A DNA stretch of 64,000 nucleotides from Chrysomallon squamiferum (GCA_012295275.1 CM022665.1:37696001-37760000), one strand, 5' to 3'; counted from the first letter of the stretch, positions 37,087-50,525 are shown. Notes: a model not told the origin generated them from the sequence alone. Translations and numbers: made by a program.

Positions 37087-40000
37087 TTCTTCCAGACTAA
37101 GCCATAAAACATATTTCATATCCCTCTCCTTTTTTTCTTGGTTAAAGAGTTTTATGTCCAATAAGAAATTCCATTTTAAAGACTTTTTACATTTGCCTCT
37201 GGATTATTTGAATCACATTATTAACATAAAATATTTTAAGCTGAATAGTGGGCAGCTTTTGATCATTTTTAAAAAGTATAAGCTTATTTATTTATTCATT
37301 TTGTTTTTGATTTCTTTTTTTTTCTTTTTTTTTAAAATATATTTCTTATTAATGTAATTTATTTATTTATTCATTTGTGTATCCAGTAATTTATATTAAG
37401 TATTCATTTATTTTATTTATTTTATTATTTATTTATCCTTTTTCTTTTTTATCCATTAATATAAATTTTTTATTTATTCACTATATATTATTTATTAAAA
37501 CAGCTGTACAAGTCAACAGCTGATTTTGCAGCAGGCAAGGCGATGTTTGACTTCTACTCAGATGTGAATGATAAGGAAGAACCACGCTTTGCAAGTATCA
37601 GAGATATAGTTCTTGATAGAAAACAACCAAGGAAAATGTTTGTCCAGCATCACACATACCAAGAAAGTAAGTAATGATTTATCTGTATTTATCTCATAGG
37701 TAATAACTTTAAAATACATTTATCTGTATTAATCCTGCAAGTAATAATTTGAAATTGCATTCATCTTTATTTATACCACAATTAATAATTTAAACATATT
37801 TATATTTATCCCACATATTAATAGCATGTTATTATATTTATCTACATTTATCCAGCAATTTATAACTGGAAATTATATTTTATATATTCTCCCATAATTA
37901 CAAATTATATTTATCTGTATTCCAGACTAATTTGAAATTACATTTATTGCAATACCCTTCATAAACAATACATGCACACATATGTACATGTGCATCACAC
38001 AACCATAATAATTGTATTAACCCTTTCCTTGTGATAACTGTGGAAAGTGGATATACCCCAAGGCCTTAAAGAAATTTTTTGTTATGCTGCAAAAAGTGGA
38101 AATTCCTAAACAGAAAATATAACTTCTATTTTTTTTTGGAAAATTAACTTCATTATGGTAATGACTTTGAAATTTAATTACACAGTGAAATAAAATCAAC
38201 AGTGAAAGGGTTAATAGTTGCTGTACCTTGGGCAATTTTTATTATAAATGTTTTGTTGTATTTGAAAACTGTTCCAAGTATGCTTGTCATCTTCTGACTT
38301 ACCAGAATAATATTTGTGTATTATTATCTTTAATAAAAATATTGAATCAGATATTTAAAGTTTTTCTTTATCTTTTTGTTAACAATGTCAGAAGAAACTT
38401 ATACCAGTAAGCAAATACTTTTCTTATGTAATGTTTCGCCATTAAAAAATACTTCAGTGCTTGCACATTGTTGTTATGTAAAACTATTGTTATAATATAA
38501 AAACCCAGTTCCTGTGTTTCACATCTTTGCTGACAGATTTTACACTCCATTAACATTTATAACTGTTCAGTTTACCAGTAATGTAATATTATATCATATA
38601 AGTGTACTACAAATATGTTTTTTTAATATGTTTATATCTTCATATCAAGAGATTATATCTTTGGTATCAAAAGAGATATCTACAAAGACTTTAAATGCAT
38701 AATCAGACACTTTTAAAACGTTATATTTATAGTACAGTTTATCCCTTATCCCCATAAAAGCCTGGAATGATGTAACATATCTTTATAACACTTTTCAAAT
38801 TTCAGTCTAATGTGATATTATGTTTCTTCTGTGTTAGTTTTTTATTTTGAACACTACTTAGTCAGTGTGATGATTTGCTGGTTAAACATCTCCCTAGTTC
38901 AGCCCAACTCGTCTTTCTTCACCAGTGATACATAATATTCTCATCAGCACCCTTTAATACATTTATAATTAATGTATCCTGCTTGAGAATCATTAACAAT
39001 TGGAGAAGGCTGTGACTTGGTACTTAAAAGTTCAGATCTCAGGCCTGGCAGTTCACAGGATCTTATCTCAGTGTATCCATTACACTTTTTTCCTTTTAGC
39101 GGCTTATATAAGGCTGTGATGTTTGTTTTCTTGTTTATGGAAAGATGTATCTAAGAGACCCCCATGCTGATGACTGATAACATGGTGTAGCTGCAGCAGG
39201 GTTTTTTTTTTTTTTTTTTTAATGTTCTTTATACAAAGCTATATCTTTTAGATGTAATACCAATTAATGTTATATTAGAAGATTGTTTAGAGAAAAGAGT
39301 GCAATAGTTTTGTACTCTGTAACTCATAGTTGAACATACCCTTCTTATTTGAAGATCTTTGACTTGACTAAAGTAACACTGGGGTGGGATACTAGCATAA
39401 CTTTCTGGGTCATTGAGACACAGGTCAAGGAATCAGGAATTTTATTGTAACAAGGCTACATGCTATTTATACTGTTAACCAGAAACTCTAGTCTTTTTAT
39501 GAACGATGCCTTTATATTCATTCCATTGCTAGAAATGCTCAGTTGGATAACTGGTTTAGATCTATGGGTTATAGAAACGCAGATCAAGGAATCAGAGACT
39601 GTTTTATTACAAGGTGTTAAACCAGAGATGCTAATAATTCTTTTGGTAGAAAGATATGCAGGGCAATTCTAAAATACCAGAGCTGCATTATAATGACATG
39701 TTATAAAATTTGGTGGTATCATTGTATACACTATGCTCATTTATCATAATTAAGTTTCATGTTGACTTGTTTGAGTCAGTGTTGACATTAAAGGGTTCAG
39801 TGAATGTCAGCATGTGGTTCAGAACCATAGAGAGAACAGGTGAGAAAACCAGTTGTTAACATGGGTTATGCTTTTTCAGTTTGCATTAGCACATAAAGTT
39901 CAGATGCCTTTATTCAGTGAAGCAAATGAATTACTTTAACTGCTGCATTACATCAACAATGTGATTAGATTAAGAATTAAAAACAAGCAGTTGAAAAATC

Positions 40001-43000
40001 ACATTATAATGTTGCCATTAATCATAAGACATGAAAAGACTATGACAAATGATAAGAGTTTACATGATTTAAAAAAACTGAAACAAATGTCATGAATATT
40101 TGTTATCACTAACTCTTTGATGGTATCCAATTTATTTAAAATACAGAAACTTTTTCATTTTCTTTTATCAGAAAAATTCACGAAAAAAAAAATTGTTTAG
40201 GATTACTTTTTCATCACTGATATAATTATTTAAATTTTTAAATTATTTGTCTTGTAGTTTTCATTATATAATCTTTAAACCCAAGGCATCAACAATGATG
40301 AAAAAAGAAAACCACAACCAAAAACACAAACACACATACATACATGCAGATATATACATACAACATTAAACTTACAGGAAAGTGCAGAAATTATCAGCAA
40401 TATGTTTCATCTTTAATAAGTTGGGAATTTGTTTTCATATTTGTTTTTTCTTTTTCTTGTAGACCAAATACATCTTATCGTATTATTTTTAAACAGAAAA
40501 AAATTGACTGTTTTGGCAGATTCTACATTAATCATCATCTTACTGACACTGCTATCTATCAGATTATACCTGGTGTGTTGTGTGATCCAAACCCAACACT
40601 TTCTGTTACAGTTCTGTCTTTCCATGAGATGTGGTAGTTATTTTGTATAAATATTGTAACATGGCCAATTTTTTTTATTTTTTTTTTATTTATTTTTTTT
40701 ATTAATTTTTTTTTTAATTTAATATATACATATATATATTAAATTAAAAAAATAATAATAAATTTTTTTATTATTGGTTTATTTGTTGTTGGGTTTTTAT
40801 AATTGTTTTATTATTGTTGTCATCATCATCATTTATTTATTTATTTATTTATTTATTTTAATTGCCAGATTTTTCATATCAATTAATATTCATAATGCTT
40901 CAGGTTTGCCAGAAATCTAATATCACATCACATGAATGTACTACTTGGTTTTGGTGTTGTTGTTTTTTCGTTTTTCATATCTTGATAAATTTATATCATT
41001 GCTAGTTAGTTACTGTGTGTTAGGTTTTGCAGAATATAAAATATAATTGAAAACAGGTTTCAAAGATACAGTTTAAATTTGTTTAAACTATTTCTTTTTT
41101 GTTTTAAGTCAATAAATTGATTACTAAAATAGAATGTCAGATTGGATAGAATGGATTACTAAAATAGAATGTGTGTGCTTGTCTTTGCATGTGTGCGTGT
41201 GTGAGTGCCATAATTTAGTTTTAAAAAACAGTACATCTTGACGTAATAAAAATAAATATAATAATAATAATAAAATAAATATATCATCAGTTTACTCATA
41301 ACCTTATAACAGTAGCGTTATTTTTCTTATTTGTTATTTTTTGACATCAGCTGACTTGTTGTTGTAACTTTCTTACACAGTAAATAAACCTCTTGTATTG
41401 TCAGGAAGGAATTGATTAAAACTAATCAGATTATTTACACCCTTTGTTTCCTGACGCTTAATAACAAACAAACAATCAGGTCAATGGTTTTACTTTGTTT
41501 TCTTTTTTTCAGAACAGGAAAATGCTTCATTTTCAGCTTTGATCATCACTTCCATATTAAAAATAACAATGCTTTTATTAGAAACTTTGTGAGCGAGAAC
41601 CCAGCCCAGGATAGGTGTGTTCAGTCATTTTCGTGGGGGTGGACTGATAAGCAGTTGTTGTGTAATAACTTGATAGAATCTTACTTGTTAAATTACTGTA
41701 TGAATGTTTGTGTGTGTATGTTTACACATGTATGCATATATGTGTACGTGCATACATGAATGTATCTCTGTATATAGGTAGTTCTTGGCTTAACGAGCTA
41801 ATCTGCTCCAAATTATTGCTCGTTAAATAAGAACTCATAAAATTGGAGGCATTTTTCTATAAATTGAATTTAGTTTTGGCTGAAAAAGGAAGCAGAAACT
41901 TATTAGAATTGACATTTAATTAAAAATATATTCACTCTTGAACAAAGAAAAGAAAACAATTGTAATGCTCACAACAGATTTTGGTCACTTTGATTTTCAG
42001 CAGATAGTGGGGGTTATTTTTCTCTTCAGGAACATTTAAAAAGTTGTCTGTTAGCTACACTACTTATTCTTTTCTTTATAAATTTGCTGATAATGGCAAA
42101 ATAATTTTTCAAATCTGAAGTAACCTTAATTTTTCATTTATCATTTGGATTTGTGAGATAATAAATTTGTTTGGCTATACATTGAAAAACCTCCACAAGT
42201 CATTTGAGTGTAGATGTGGGGGCAGAAATTTCTTATTCCTCCTCCGCTAGATTATCCATTTTCACATGCTACCATTTTGAGCAACTCATCATTAGAAAAC
42301 TGGTAATTTTTATACTTTTGCTCCTAAATATTTCTCTTTTTTTGTTTCTTGTTTTAAATCTTGACCGGTGTATCTTTGCATCTTCTTGACATGCAATTTA
42401 GACTTTACTTCTGTTGAGAGACTTATTCACTCACCCAGAGGGCCTTTTTAAAAAAAATCAAGAAAAATTTAATTTTTATTTTTAGTGCAGAAAATTCTCA
42501 TAAAAGATATGAACTCATAAACTGGGAGCTTGGAAAGCAAGAACTATCTGTATGCACATGTGGATTTTATGAATGTTTGTGTATGTACAAGCATATAAAT
42601 TTAATGACTATGTCATTGATGTTGGCAAAGTGTGGTTTTTCTTTATCATTCACATCTGACTAGCTGTCAAATATTTCCTTGCCTGCTGCAAAATCAGCTG
42701 TTGACTTGTACAGCTATTATAATAAATAAATAGGTAGATAAATACAGCACATACATGTTTACTATATATAACTGAGTATGTGTGCAACTTTCTGTTCTTG
42801 AGTGAGACTGTGTTTCTGTGATGAATATTATTTGGCATGTAGATAAATTTATTATGTCATCATTTTTGAAAAAACACCTACATAGCCTTAAGCATATAGC
42901 TTCAGATGGCAGTTTTATCCTTCATGTCTTTTTATGTTACTTGATAACATCAGTGGCTTTGGCATTTTCAAAAAACCTTTTTTATACAAGTATAATTTGT

Positions 43001-43626
43001 TGAAGATGATTGCAGTGATATGGGCATAACTTATTTTGACACACATATCCAATTACCATCGAAACCATTTTTCAAACACATTTTTTCAAAATGATATTTT
43101 TGTATTTTTTAATATGAAGATTATAAATATAAATTATATTATCATCTTTGATTCTGTATGAAGGACTGCTATAAAGAGTAATGGAGTGATCCATATTTTA
43201 ATATCTTTGAAAGTCAACTTCAGATGTTACTACAAAGTGAAGTGTTTCTGTGTTGAGGTTAATTATGGTGCACCTGTCACTAGTTGGGATTTATTTTCAA
43301 TAAGCAAAGTCCATGATGGGTGGGTGCTTATAGAATATGTAGGTATGCATGGTGGTACTAGTGGAATATGTGGGTATGGCAGGACTTGCTTTTAATAAGA
43401 AGAGTAGTGGGCATTGTGGGACTTGTTTTTAATAACCAAAGTCTATGATCTGTCTTTGTATAACAGGTAAATGTACACATCTATCAAATTGTGTCCATGT
43501 AGAGATACAACATATGCAAGTGTTTTTATGGAAGGATAGATGGATGATTGTTTAGTTTTTTATATACATATGTAATTGTGTCAGTTTATTAGTGTATAGG
43601 TAATCAAAAATATAATTATGATTGAG

Positions 43627-43699
<73 letters not shown>

Positions 43700-46600
43700 A
43701 ATAATGTAGAAAACACTTTTTCAGAATCATCTAAACATACTGAGGGTCAGTGTGACCTTTGAAAGTCACCTTTGAGGTTTAAATTTACATACATGTGTCT
43801 TGTGTACAAGTTCAGGTGTTGTTCATACCACAAAAACCTCCACCCAATCTACATTCTTGGAAGTTTGTGTGGGAAGACAGATTATAAATTATTATATGTA
43901 AACCCAGCCTAAGATAAAATGGTTCTCTATTAAGGAAGCTGGGCTGCACCTTCTTAATCTATTCATTTCATTTTTCATTTTATAAATTAATGATTATAGA
44001 TGTAAATTTCTGTTGTTTGTTTTCTATGTGTATCATGTGTACACACAGAGACATGTATATTTTTGTTATATCTCTGTGCATAGGTCCATTCTTCATTATT
44101 TAGTGTTATCCAACCTTTACTCACAACAGAATTATATGTTTATATGTACTAAGTAAAACAATATAAAGTCACAATATCCATTTACTTTATTTTTCATTTA
44201 TAAATTATTTAAAAAACAAAGGTCTCAGTCAGACAGTGTTAAAATATTTTAAACAAACACTTTATCAGTTATTTCATTTATGAAATTTTCTTTCTTTTTC
44301 TTTTTCATTCCTTTTCTTCAGTGTCTTGTCTCTTTTACAGGATTTTTCATAAGAACTCTTAATATAAAAAAAAAAAATGTGTTGTTATTGGAGAAGTAAC
44401 ATACATTCAGAGAATGTATTTATAAACTTTTAAACTGTGGGTGTGAGTTGTGTGCACATGTATGATTGTATGCCAGTCATGTAAATAATTATTATATTAT
44501 TTCAGTGTTCTGTTTCAGTAATGATGGGTTCTTTACAAAAAAAAAGAAAGAAAAAGAATTGTGTGTTTCCAATCGTATCAGAAACATTTCATTAACCATT
44601 TACCCTACTATTATCTAAACAACAGCTAAAACATCTGTCACCAGATTTCTTTTTTAGTAGTGTACTTTTATTTTATTTTTATTTAAATTTTTTTTTTTTT
44701 TTTTTTTTTTTTGTTCAAAAACTCGTAAAAGACTAGGTGTGTCTGTGTTTTATATGAGACAGAGAGAGTAGGTCGCACTCAAGTGATGATGATCACCTTG
44801 AACCACTGAAAGCTCCTCCTAAGTAGCATATGGTCTCTGGTTTGATAGGAAACCATAAAACAATTGCATTTTGATCATTTAGAAACACTTGTAGTTACCT
44901 GTATCGGTGTAGATACGCCCTCCGCTTTTCTGCTGATAACATTGCAAAAGTACTTGAATTGATTGTATTTCAAACAGACAGTTGAAAGTTTATATTTATC
45001 ATGTGCCAGGATAATAATGGCTTTGGATTCCAGAGAGAGAACAAAAAAAAAAAAAAAAAAAAAAGGTTAAGAATATTAATTTGATATAGAAACCCATCCT
45101 TAATATTACAACAAAAAAAGAAAGAAAAAAAAGAGGGGTAATACAGTTTGTTGTTGTTTAATGAGTTTTAGTCTCCTGTAATACAAAGAATGTTTTATGT
45201 AATTTACTTCATGCTGATAATGAAGATATGCTAATTAATACCAGGAATGTAGTGAAAATGAGTGGGGGAAAAAAAAAATGGAAAGTTAAAGAGAAAGAAG
45301 AAAAACTGAAGAGAGATAAAAAAAAAAAAAAAAAAAAAAAATAAGGTTAAGAATGAGATAGAAAGACAGACAAAAAAAAAAAAAGAAAAAAACTGGAGAA
45401 AGAAAAAAAAAAGGATGGGGAAAGAAATCTCAAGAATGAGGAAGGGTGTATGGCAGAGAATATATAAATTCAGTACCTTAGGAATCTTAAATAGTTACAA
45501 AGACTAATAATTTATCTTTAGAATTATTGTTTTTAAAGAGAGGCTAACTCCATTCTTTGGAAAACTAAATCTATTTATTGATGCAAAAGACAATCTGGAT
45601 AGGATCACTTAACACTTACTTAAACAGTTAAAAACATGGCATTCATATTACACTTGGTAATTGAACATAATTAAAATGGATGAAAGCAATTTAATGTAAC
45701 AAATAGCTTGCACAGTGAACTGAGCTGAGTCTTATCTCAAAACAGAGAATCTATACATTATGTATGAAAACTGTAATAATGTTTGTTAAAGGTGACCAAG
45801 GCTTTTGTGTGATGCTGTGTAACAAATAGAAGAAAAATGGGACAGAGAGCTGTAATGTCAGTACAAAGTAGTTTCAAGAGGCTATGTAGGTGTAGGAAGA
45901 TTAATGTAAAAAAGAAAAAGACAAACACTCACACACCTTGCAGTGCAGATGGTCTTTGTTAGATTGTGATTTCAGAGAGGTGTTTCTTTTATTTTGTTAT
46001 CCTTGGTGTAACTTGTAAGCAAGAGAATGTGTTTGACTGTTAGATTAGTGTGTTTGTTTGGTCAGTCTTCTGGGTTTTTTTCATTTTTTTTCTAAAACTA
46101 AATCTTACAAGTGTTGTGTGTGGGTGGAAGCGGGCTGGGTGTGTTAAAGAACAGTTGTGTTAATTTTGGCTGTATCAGTTTTGGACATAGATAATGAGTT
46201 GTTTATTGTGTGTGTATGTGGACTTTTATATTTGCATGTATAAAGATTTATTGGACAAGACTAAAGTAATATTCATTGTGGATGTGTGTGTATGAGTAAA
46301 TGTGCTTGTATTTATGTATGTATTTATGTATTTATTTATGTATGTATGTATGTATATGTATGTATGCATAACTTGGGTGGGCATGTGAGTATGTAAAATT
46401 AATGTATATGGCTCTTTTGCTATACAGAAAAACAGCATTGAATACTCATTTACTAGTTTGTGTGAAAACCATAGACGATTTGAGCAGAGGCTTTGTTAAA
46501 CATGTAGAAAAAGATTAATTAAAAGCCACCAATTAATTGCTGTCATTTATCTTCATAATTGCCTTCAACAATACCTATTCATGATGTACTCTATTGTTTC

Positions 46601-47467
46601 TTACCATCTGTTTTTACACTGTCTCATTGTTTTATTCTGAGAAAAGGAATTAGAATCATTTTTAAATTACAAGCCAGCATGTGCAGTGTTTTTCTGGAAT
46701 CTTCGCTGATACAGAGCTTGCTGTTGTCAGTCACATGTTGTTCGGGTCAACATCCTTTCAGCCAATGATTCTTAAAATCCAGGTCATCAGAAAACGGAAT
46801 ATCTGTGCAGATGTCATATGAATCTCCATAACTGCCAAAATGCACAGATTTAAATATTAAATATTACATATATGTTAAGTATTAAAATGTTTTAAAATAT
46901 CTTTTGAGGTATTTTTGTATATCTAATAGCTGTTTATAATATACATTTTATTGTAATATATGTCTATGTGTGTCAGCCTGATTTTTTGTTCAAATATAAG
47001 TTAGGAACCATTCTGGTTTGAATGGACATGTTTAATACAGTAAGCTTGTACAAACTGTATGTGTCATGTTTGTTCAGGAGAACATTTTCTGAACACACTG
47101 GCAGACTGGGATAAAGTCAATGTCACTTTTAAATATTTCATGGCAACTGTACTGAAATGTTTATCTTAGCAATATCATAAATATATCTAAGGATTGGATT
47201 GTATACCTGGAAGCAGTGGTAACCTTGGTCTAAAATTTCTACCTGGAAAACTTGTGATGGGCCCCACTCAATCCCAAAATGTGATAAAAGGAATAAAATA
47301 AAAGCAGTATGTTAAGCCATATTTAAATCTTATGAGAATCTATTTAATATTTATTTTATTTATTTCTAAAGCTACTGACAATTATTTTGGATGCAGGTAC
47401 ATGGTATACAGAATACAAAAATCTTTTACAATTATGGATAAAATGTAGAATTTTGTATTTGTGTGTG

Positions 47468-47549
<82 letters not shown>

Positions 47550-47768
47550 ACTGACTGACTGACTGACTGACTGACTGACTTCTAAAAGCATTTAAAAATT
47601 GCTGTTACATTGTTATTATTTTTTTTTTTTTTAGATGGAAATATTGCCTTGAAAAGCTATGAAGCAAAACCAGAAGGCCTTATACAGTCATTTGTAGACA
47701 GGTTCCCATCCACCAACATTGATGACATCATTATGGATTTGTGGAAGAAAGATCAGCCATTTTTTTGA
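26006..47768 (+). CDS. DPP3: Dipeptidyl peptidase 3 (peptidase family M49), ~730 aa, 18 coding exons
   Basis: Exons (+): 26006-26161, 28151-28267, 28688-28777, 29109-29246, 29794-29867, 30721-30817, 31003-31151, 31615-31745, 32235-32293, 32931-33125, 33602-33708, 34018-34110, 34438-34500, 34869-34993, 35384-35504, 36656-36835, 37504-37666, 47635-47768. Motifs [54 protein letters not shown]. One-base frame discrepancy at exon 5 (see findings). Confidence 0.97.
28151..28267 (+). CDS. DPP3: DPP3 coding exon 2 (TSPESPGIF...)
   Basis: ttttacag| ... AAA|gtaagt. Confidence 0.93.
28688..28777 (+). CDS. DPP3: DPP3 coding exon 3 ([15 protein letters not shown])
   Basis: tttacag| ... ATG|gtatgc. Confidence 0.94.
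29109..29246 (+). CDS. DPP3: DPP3 coding exon 4
   Basis: atttag| ... AAG|gtatga; ...SLGLGPK. Confidence 0.9.
29794..29867 (+). CDS. DPP3: DPP3 coding exon 5 ([10 protein letters not shown]...; 74 nt)
   Basis: ttctag| ... ATG|gtaaga; one base short of frame. Confidence 0.88.
30721..30817 (+). CDS. DPP3: DPP3 coding exon 6 ([11 protein letters not shown]...YEVRLAS)
   Basis: ttttcag| ... G|gtttgt. Confidence 0.92.
31003..31151 (+). CDS. DPP3: DPP3 coding exon 7 (...VTRGDYS...LKKAK)
   Basis: atgtag| ... AAA|gtaagt. Confidence 0.92.
31615..31745 (+). CDS. DPP3: DPP3 coding exon 8 ([18 protein letters not shown])
   Basis: tttcag| ... AC|gtaaat. Confidence 0.93.
32235..32293 (+). CDS. DPP3: DPP3 coding exon 9 ([19 protein letters not shown])
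   Basis: ttttag| ... G|gtaatt. Confidence 0.95.
32931..33125 (+). CDS. DPP3: DPP3 coding exon 10 (FVAVVNK...[10 protein letters not shown])
   Basis: acttag| ... T|gtgagt. Confidence 0.95.
33602..33708 (+). CDS. DPP3: DPP3 coding exon 11 ([17 protein letters not shown])
   Basis: cattag| ... AAG|gtaact. Confidence 0.95.
34018..34110 (+). CDS. DPP3: DPP3 coding exon 12 (zinc motif HELLGH)
   Basis: tttcag| ... [19 protein letters not shown] ... AAG|gtattt. Confidence 0.96.
34438..34500 (+). CDS. DPP3: DPP3 coding exon 13 (DENGKFNFD...ETGEK)
   Basis: aattag| ... AAG|gtaaaa. Confidence 0.92.
34869..34993 (+). CDS. DPP3: DPP3 coding exon 14 (SSYEECRAE)
   Basis: ttccag| ... AA|gtgaga. Confidence 0.96.
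35384..35504 (+). CDS. DPP3: DPP3 coding exon 15 (IFG...[18 protein letters not shown])
   Basis: taacag| ... CAG|gtttgt. Confidence 0.94.
36656..36835 (+). CDS. DPP3: DPP3 coding exon 16 ([10 protein letters not shown]...)
   Basis: tctcag| ... CAG|gtcagc. Confidence 0.94.
37504..37666 (+). CDS. DPP3: DPP3 coding exon 17 (LYKSTAD...[10 protein letters not shown])
   Basis: aacag| ... A|gtaagt. Confidence 0.93.
37677..37945 (+). repeat. Degenerate ~35-40-bp minisatellite (~7 units)
   Basis: Recurrent ATTTATCTGTATTTATC...TAATAATTTGAAATT units immediately after the DPP3 exon 17 donor. Confidence 0.7.
39110..39205 (+). mobile_element. Degenerate SINE central-domain fragment
   Basis: ttcttgtttatggaaagatgtatctaagagaccccc..gctg..gcagggtt aligns by eye with copies at 50460, 52850, 56455, 59218. 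Confidence 0.4.
41775..42550 (-). mobile_element. Decayed Tc1/mariner-superfamily (pogo/Tigger-like) non-autonomous element in DPP3 last intron
   Basis: Imperfect TIRs TAGGTAGTTCTTGGCTT (41775) / AAGCAAGAACTATCTG (to 42550), flanked by TA on both sides; repeated GAACTCATAAA near both ends; minus-strand broken peptide [27 protein letters not shown] (~42040-42155) resembling Tigger transposase C-termini (from memory). Confidence 0.65.
43630..43698. repeat. (GA)n microsatellite
   Basis: Perfect dinucleotide run. Confidence 0.95.
47471..47580. repeat. Compound (GA)n(GACT)n microsatellite just upstream of DPP3 last acceptor
   Basis: (GA)n 47471-47546 then (GACT)n to 47580. Confidence 0.95.
47635..47768 (+). 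CDS. DPP3: DPP3 terminal coding exon 18 ([19 protein letters not shown]...*)
   Basis: poly-T ag| phase 1 matches exon 17; homologous-looking DPP3 C-terminus; TGA 47766-47768. Confidence 0.92.
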
Positions 47769-48056
47769 ACTACATGATAATATGTGTGACAGTTTTCTAC
47801 ATCAAGAAAAACCCTAACAATTTAACATTTTATTTTAATGTATTACTAATTCTCCATTTTGGTTATTTGGTCAGTGTTATTATCGTTTTGTTTTGTTGTG
47901 ACAGCCCAGATTTTTAAACAAGAAATCACAACAGTTTTGTTAATGTTGTGACACTGTAATGATTATAAAGGGAAGGATGATGACACTATTTGCTTTTTAA
48001 GATTTTTCTAATTGGTTTTATTACAATATTATTATTTAGACGTTTTCTGTTTTAAA

Positions 48057-48106
<50 letters not shown>

Positions 48107-50459
48107 TTTCGTTTGTTCTCTTCATACTGCTCAAGAAAAGAATTCATTACAATTTTTTATATTTGCAGAATGAAAACTTTGAGCAAAGAGAAATGTGTGC
48201 TAGTGTTAATGGTGCTGGTAATAATAATCATAACAATTTTTAGAAAGATGAATGTCAAAAAACTATTATTTGGTTTGCTGTGTAATATTGTTGAAAATCA
48301 AATTATTCAAATAACAATAAAATTAGTACTTTACAATACAACCATGTCCATAATAACTTTTGTTTATAAAAAGTTTGGACTGCTGTGAAATGTAATAACC
48401 TACATTGCATCTATTTCTAGGCAGCATAACATTAATTATTACTATTATTTTACATTGTGTAACTGAAATTTTTCTTATTCTGTGATATTCAACAATTACC
48501 AAATTTTCATCACTTTTTTCCTTATGTTTACAATTCACTTTCACCATTCATAATTAATAAACATCATCGTTTAACAGTGTCAAATTTAGTTTTTTAATGT
48601 TAGTAAGACTGATCTATAATGATAATCTTTGTCAACACACTGTAGATGAAGTAATATCAGCTACATAATGAACATTTTTATTAATGACAATTGAACAACC
48701 TCCCAGAGGCTCATTTTCTGATTTGATCATTTTTGATCAGCCCGATATAATCATGTATTGTCTAATGATTCTGGTTTCCACTTTTACTAATTGTTAATTA
48801 AGAAAGCTTTCTATCTGTTAGTCTTATTAATTATTATTATTCTTTCTTTTTTTTAAATGGTTGTTCCAGCCTTCATCAAGAGACTGGTGATGTTGATGGT
48901 GATGATTCAGCATTAATCTTTTTTCAGCTTTATAAACATATTGATTCTATATTTATTTAGCATGGTTGTATCAACTTTTGTTAAATTGCTTAAGAATTCT
49001 GCTGTTTGTCGTGTTGATTTGCTTTTTTTTTTACAGATATTAAACTAGCTTATAAACATCAAGAGTCATGCTGTTCAGATATTTTCAAAGATAACAAATA
49101 AATAAATAAATGTTTGGCTTTAAAGTTTATTATAATTGTTAGTAACAACAAATAAAATTCTTGCTGCTATTTTATTATATAAATTGTATTTTATTTTTAT
49201 TATTTTTTTAATGTTATTATTTTTTTCTGAACGGATGTAAAAGAAATACGTATTTGTGTGTTTGTGAATAAATCCTGAAAATGTATTTTCTACAAGCAAC
49301 CTTATTTCACTTAAACCATATAATATTCGCAGGTGACACAAATAATAGTTCAGAAGTAATGTAGAGTAGGTTACAAAAATTTCTTATTCCAACAAGAGTA
49401 CGGTGTGTCAAGTGTATGAAGGTGTGACTCATAATTTTCAGCATACATGCCAAGCAGTAAAACAACTGTTTATGACCTTTTGTTTTGCAGTCATGTATCA
49501 TAGTATTTGTTAAAATACTAAGGCCAATCTATTATGTTCAGTAGCGATTAATATTACCACTTCGTTTTGATACACCAACTATGCATCTGTTTAGAAAAAG
49601 AAACCCACCATCCAAAAAAAAACCAATATAGTTATTAGATGGATTAATGTTTAGAAGCTGTAACAGTTTAATAGGATTAATTTTCATTTTAGGTTGTCAC
49701 CTTTTTTTTTTTTTTTTTTTTAAGGCAATTTGAAAGGAACAATGAAATAACATAATGAAACGTAATCAGTTTATTAATTTATTTTGATGCTGGCAAATCG
49801 TATTAAGAATATAAAATAAGAAGACAATAAACGTCGGTATTTAGATTATCATTATCTGCCCGAGTCTTCCTTCCCTCGAAAAGTGGAAGATGATTTTAAC
49901 TATAATATCATTTAATGAACGAATCGGAATACTAAACACATTAATAAATTCCTTTTTTGACTTTTGAATGACACATTTACTGTTGACACGATGATAAATA
50001 TTTCCATACGTAAATAAAGATGGACGACTGTTGACGGGACGATGAGTCCAGACGTACAGCCAATGACACGGCGACAATGGAGCGTCATAGGTATCGCTGC
50101 TTGATTCACATGGCACTGGCATGATGTATGAACGTATAACAAAAGGCTGCATGCCATTAACATCATTTTTGTTCTAAGTTAAAATGTTTATGTGCCGTTC
50201 ATAACAAAACAGAGTGTCTGGTGACACCAGTATAATATGTGCTGATGATGAGAACATGTTCACAGATTTAGGTTACCTACAGTGTTTTGTACTGTTTTTC
50301 GTCAACATTATTAACATAAATATACATCTCACGTTCTAAAAATGATTGCGTCAGCATCTGATGTTCAAAACATTATTTTTTGAGTCAGAAGTCTTGCTAT
50401 TATATTATATGCATACAAACCATGGTAAGTATTTCTGTACTAGCGTATGCCCTGCTACT

Positions 50460-50525
50460 TGTTTATGTGGGAATTCTGCATATAAAAGATTCCTTGCTCT
50501 TAATAGTAAAAAAAAGTTTCTCGTT
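50460..50525 (+). mobile_element. SINE central-domain fragment
   Basis: tgtgggaattctgcatataaaagattccttgctcttaatag; resembles molluscan SINE core TGTGGGATGGTGCATATAAAAGATCCCTTGCTGCTAAT (recalled). Confidence 0.5.
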
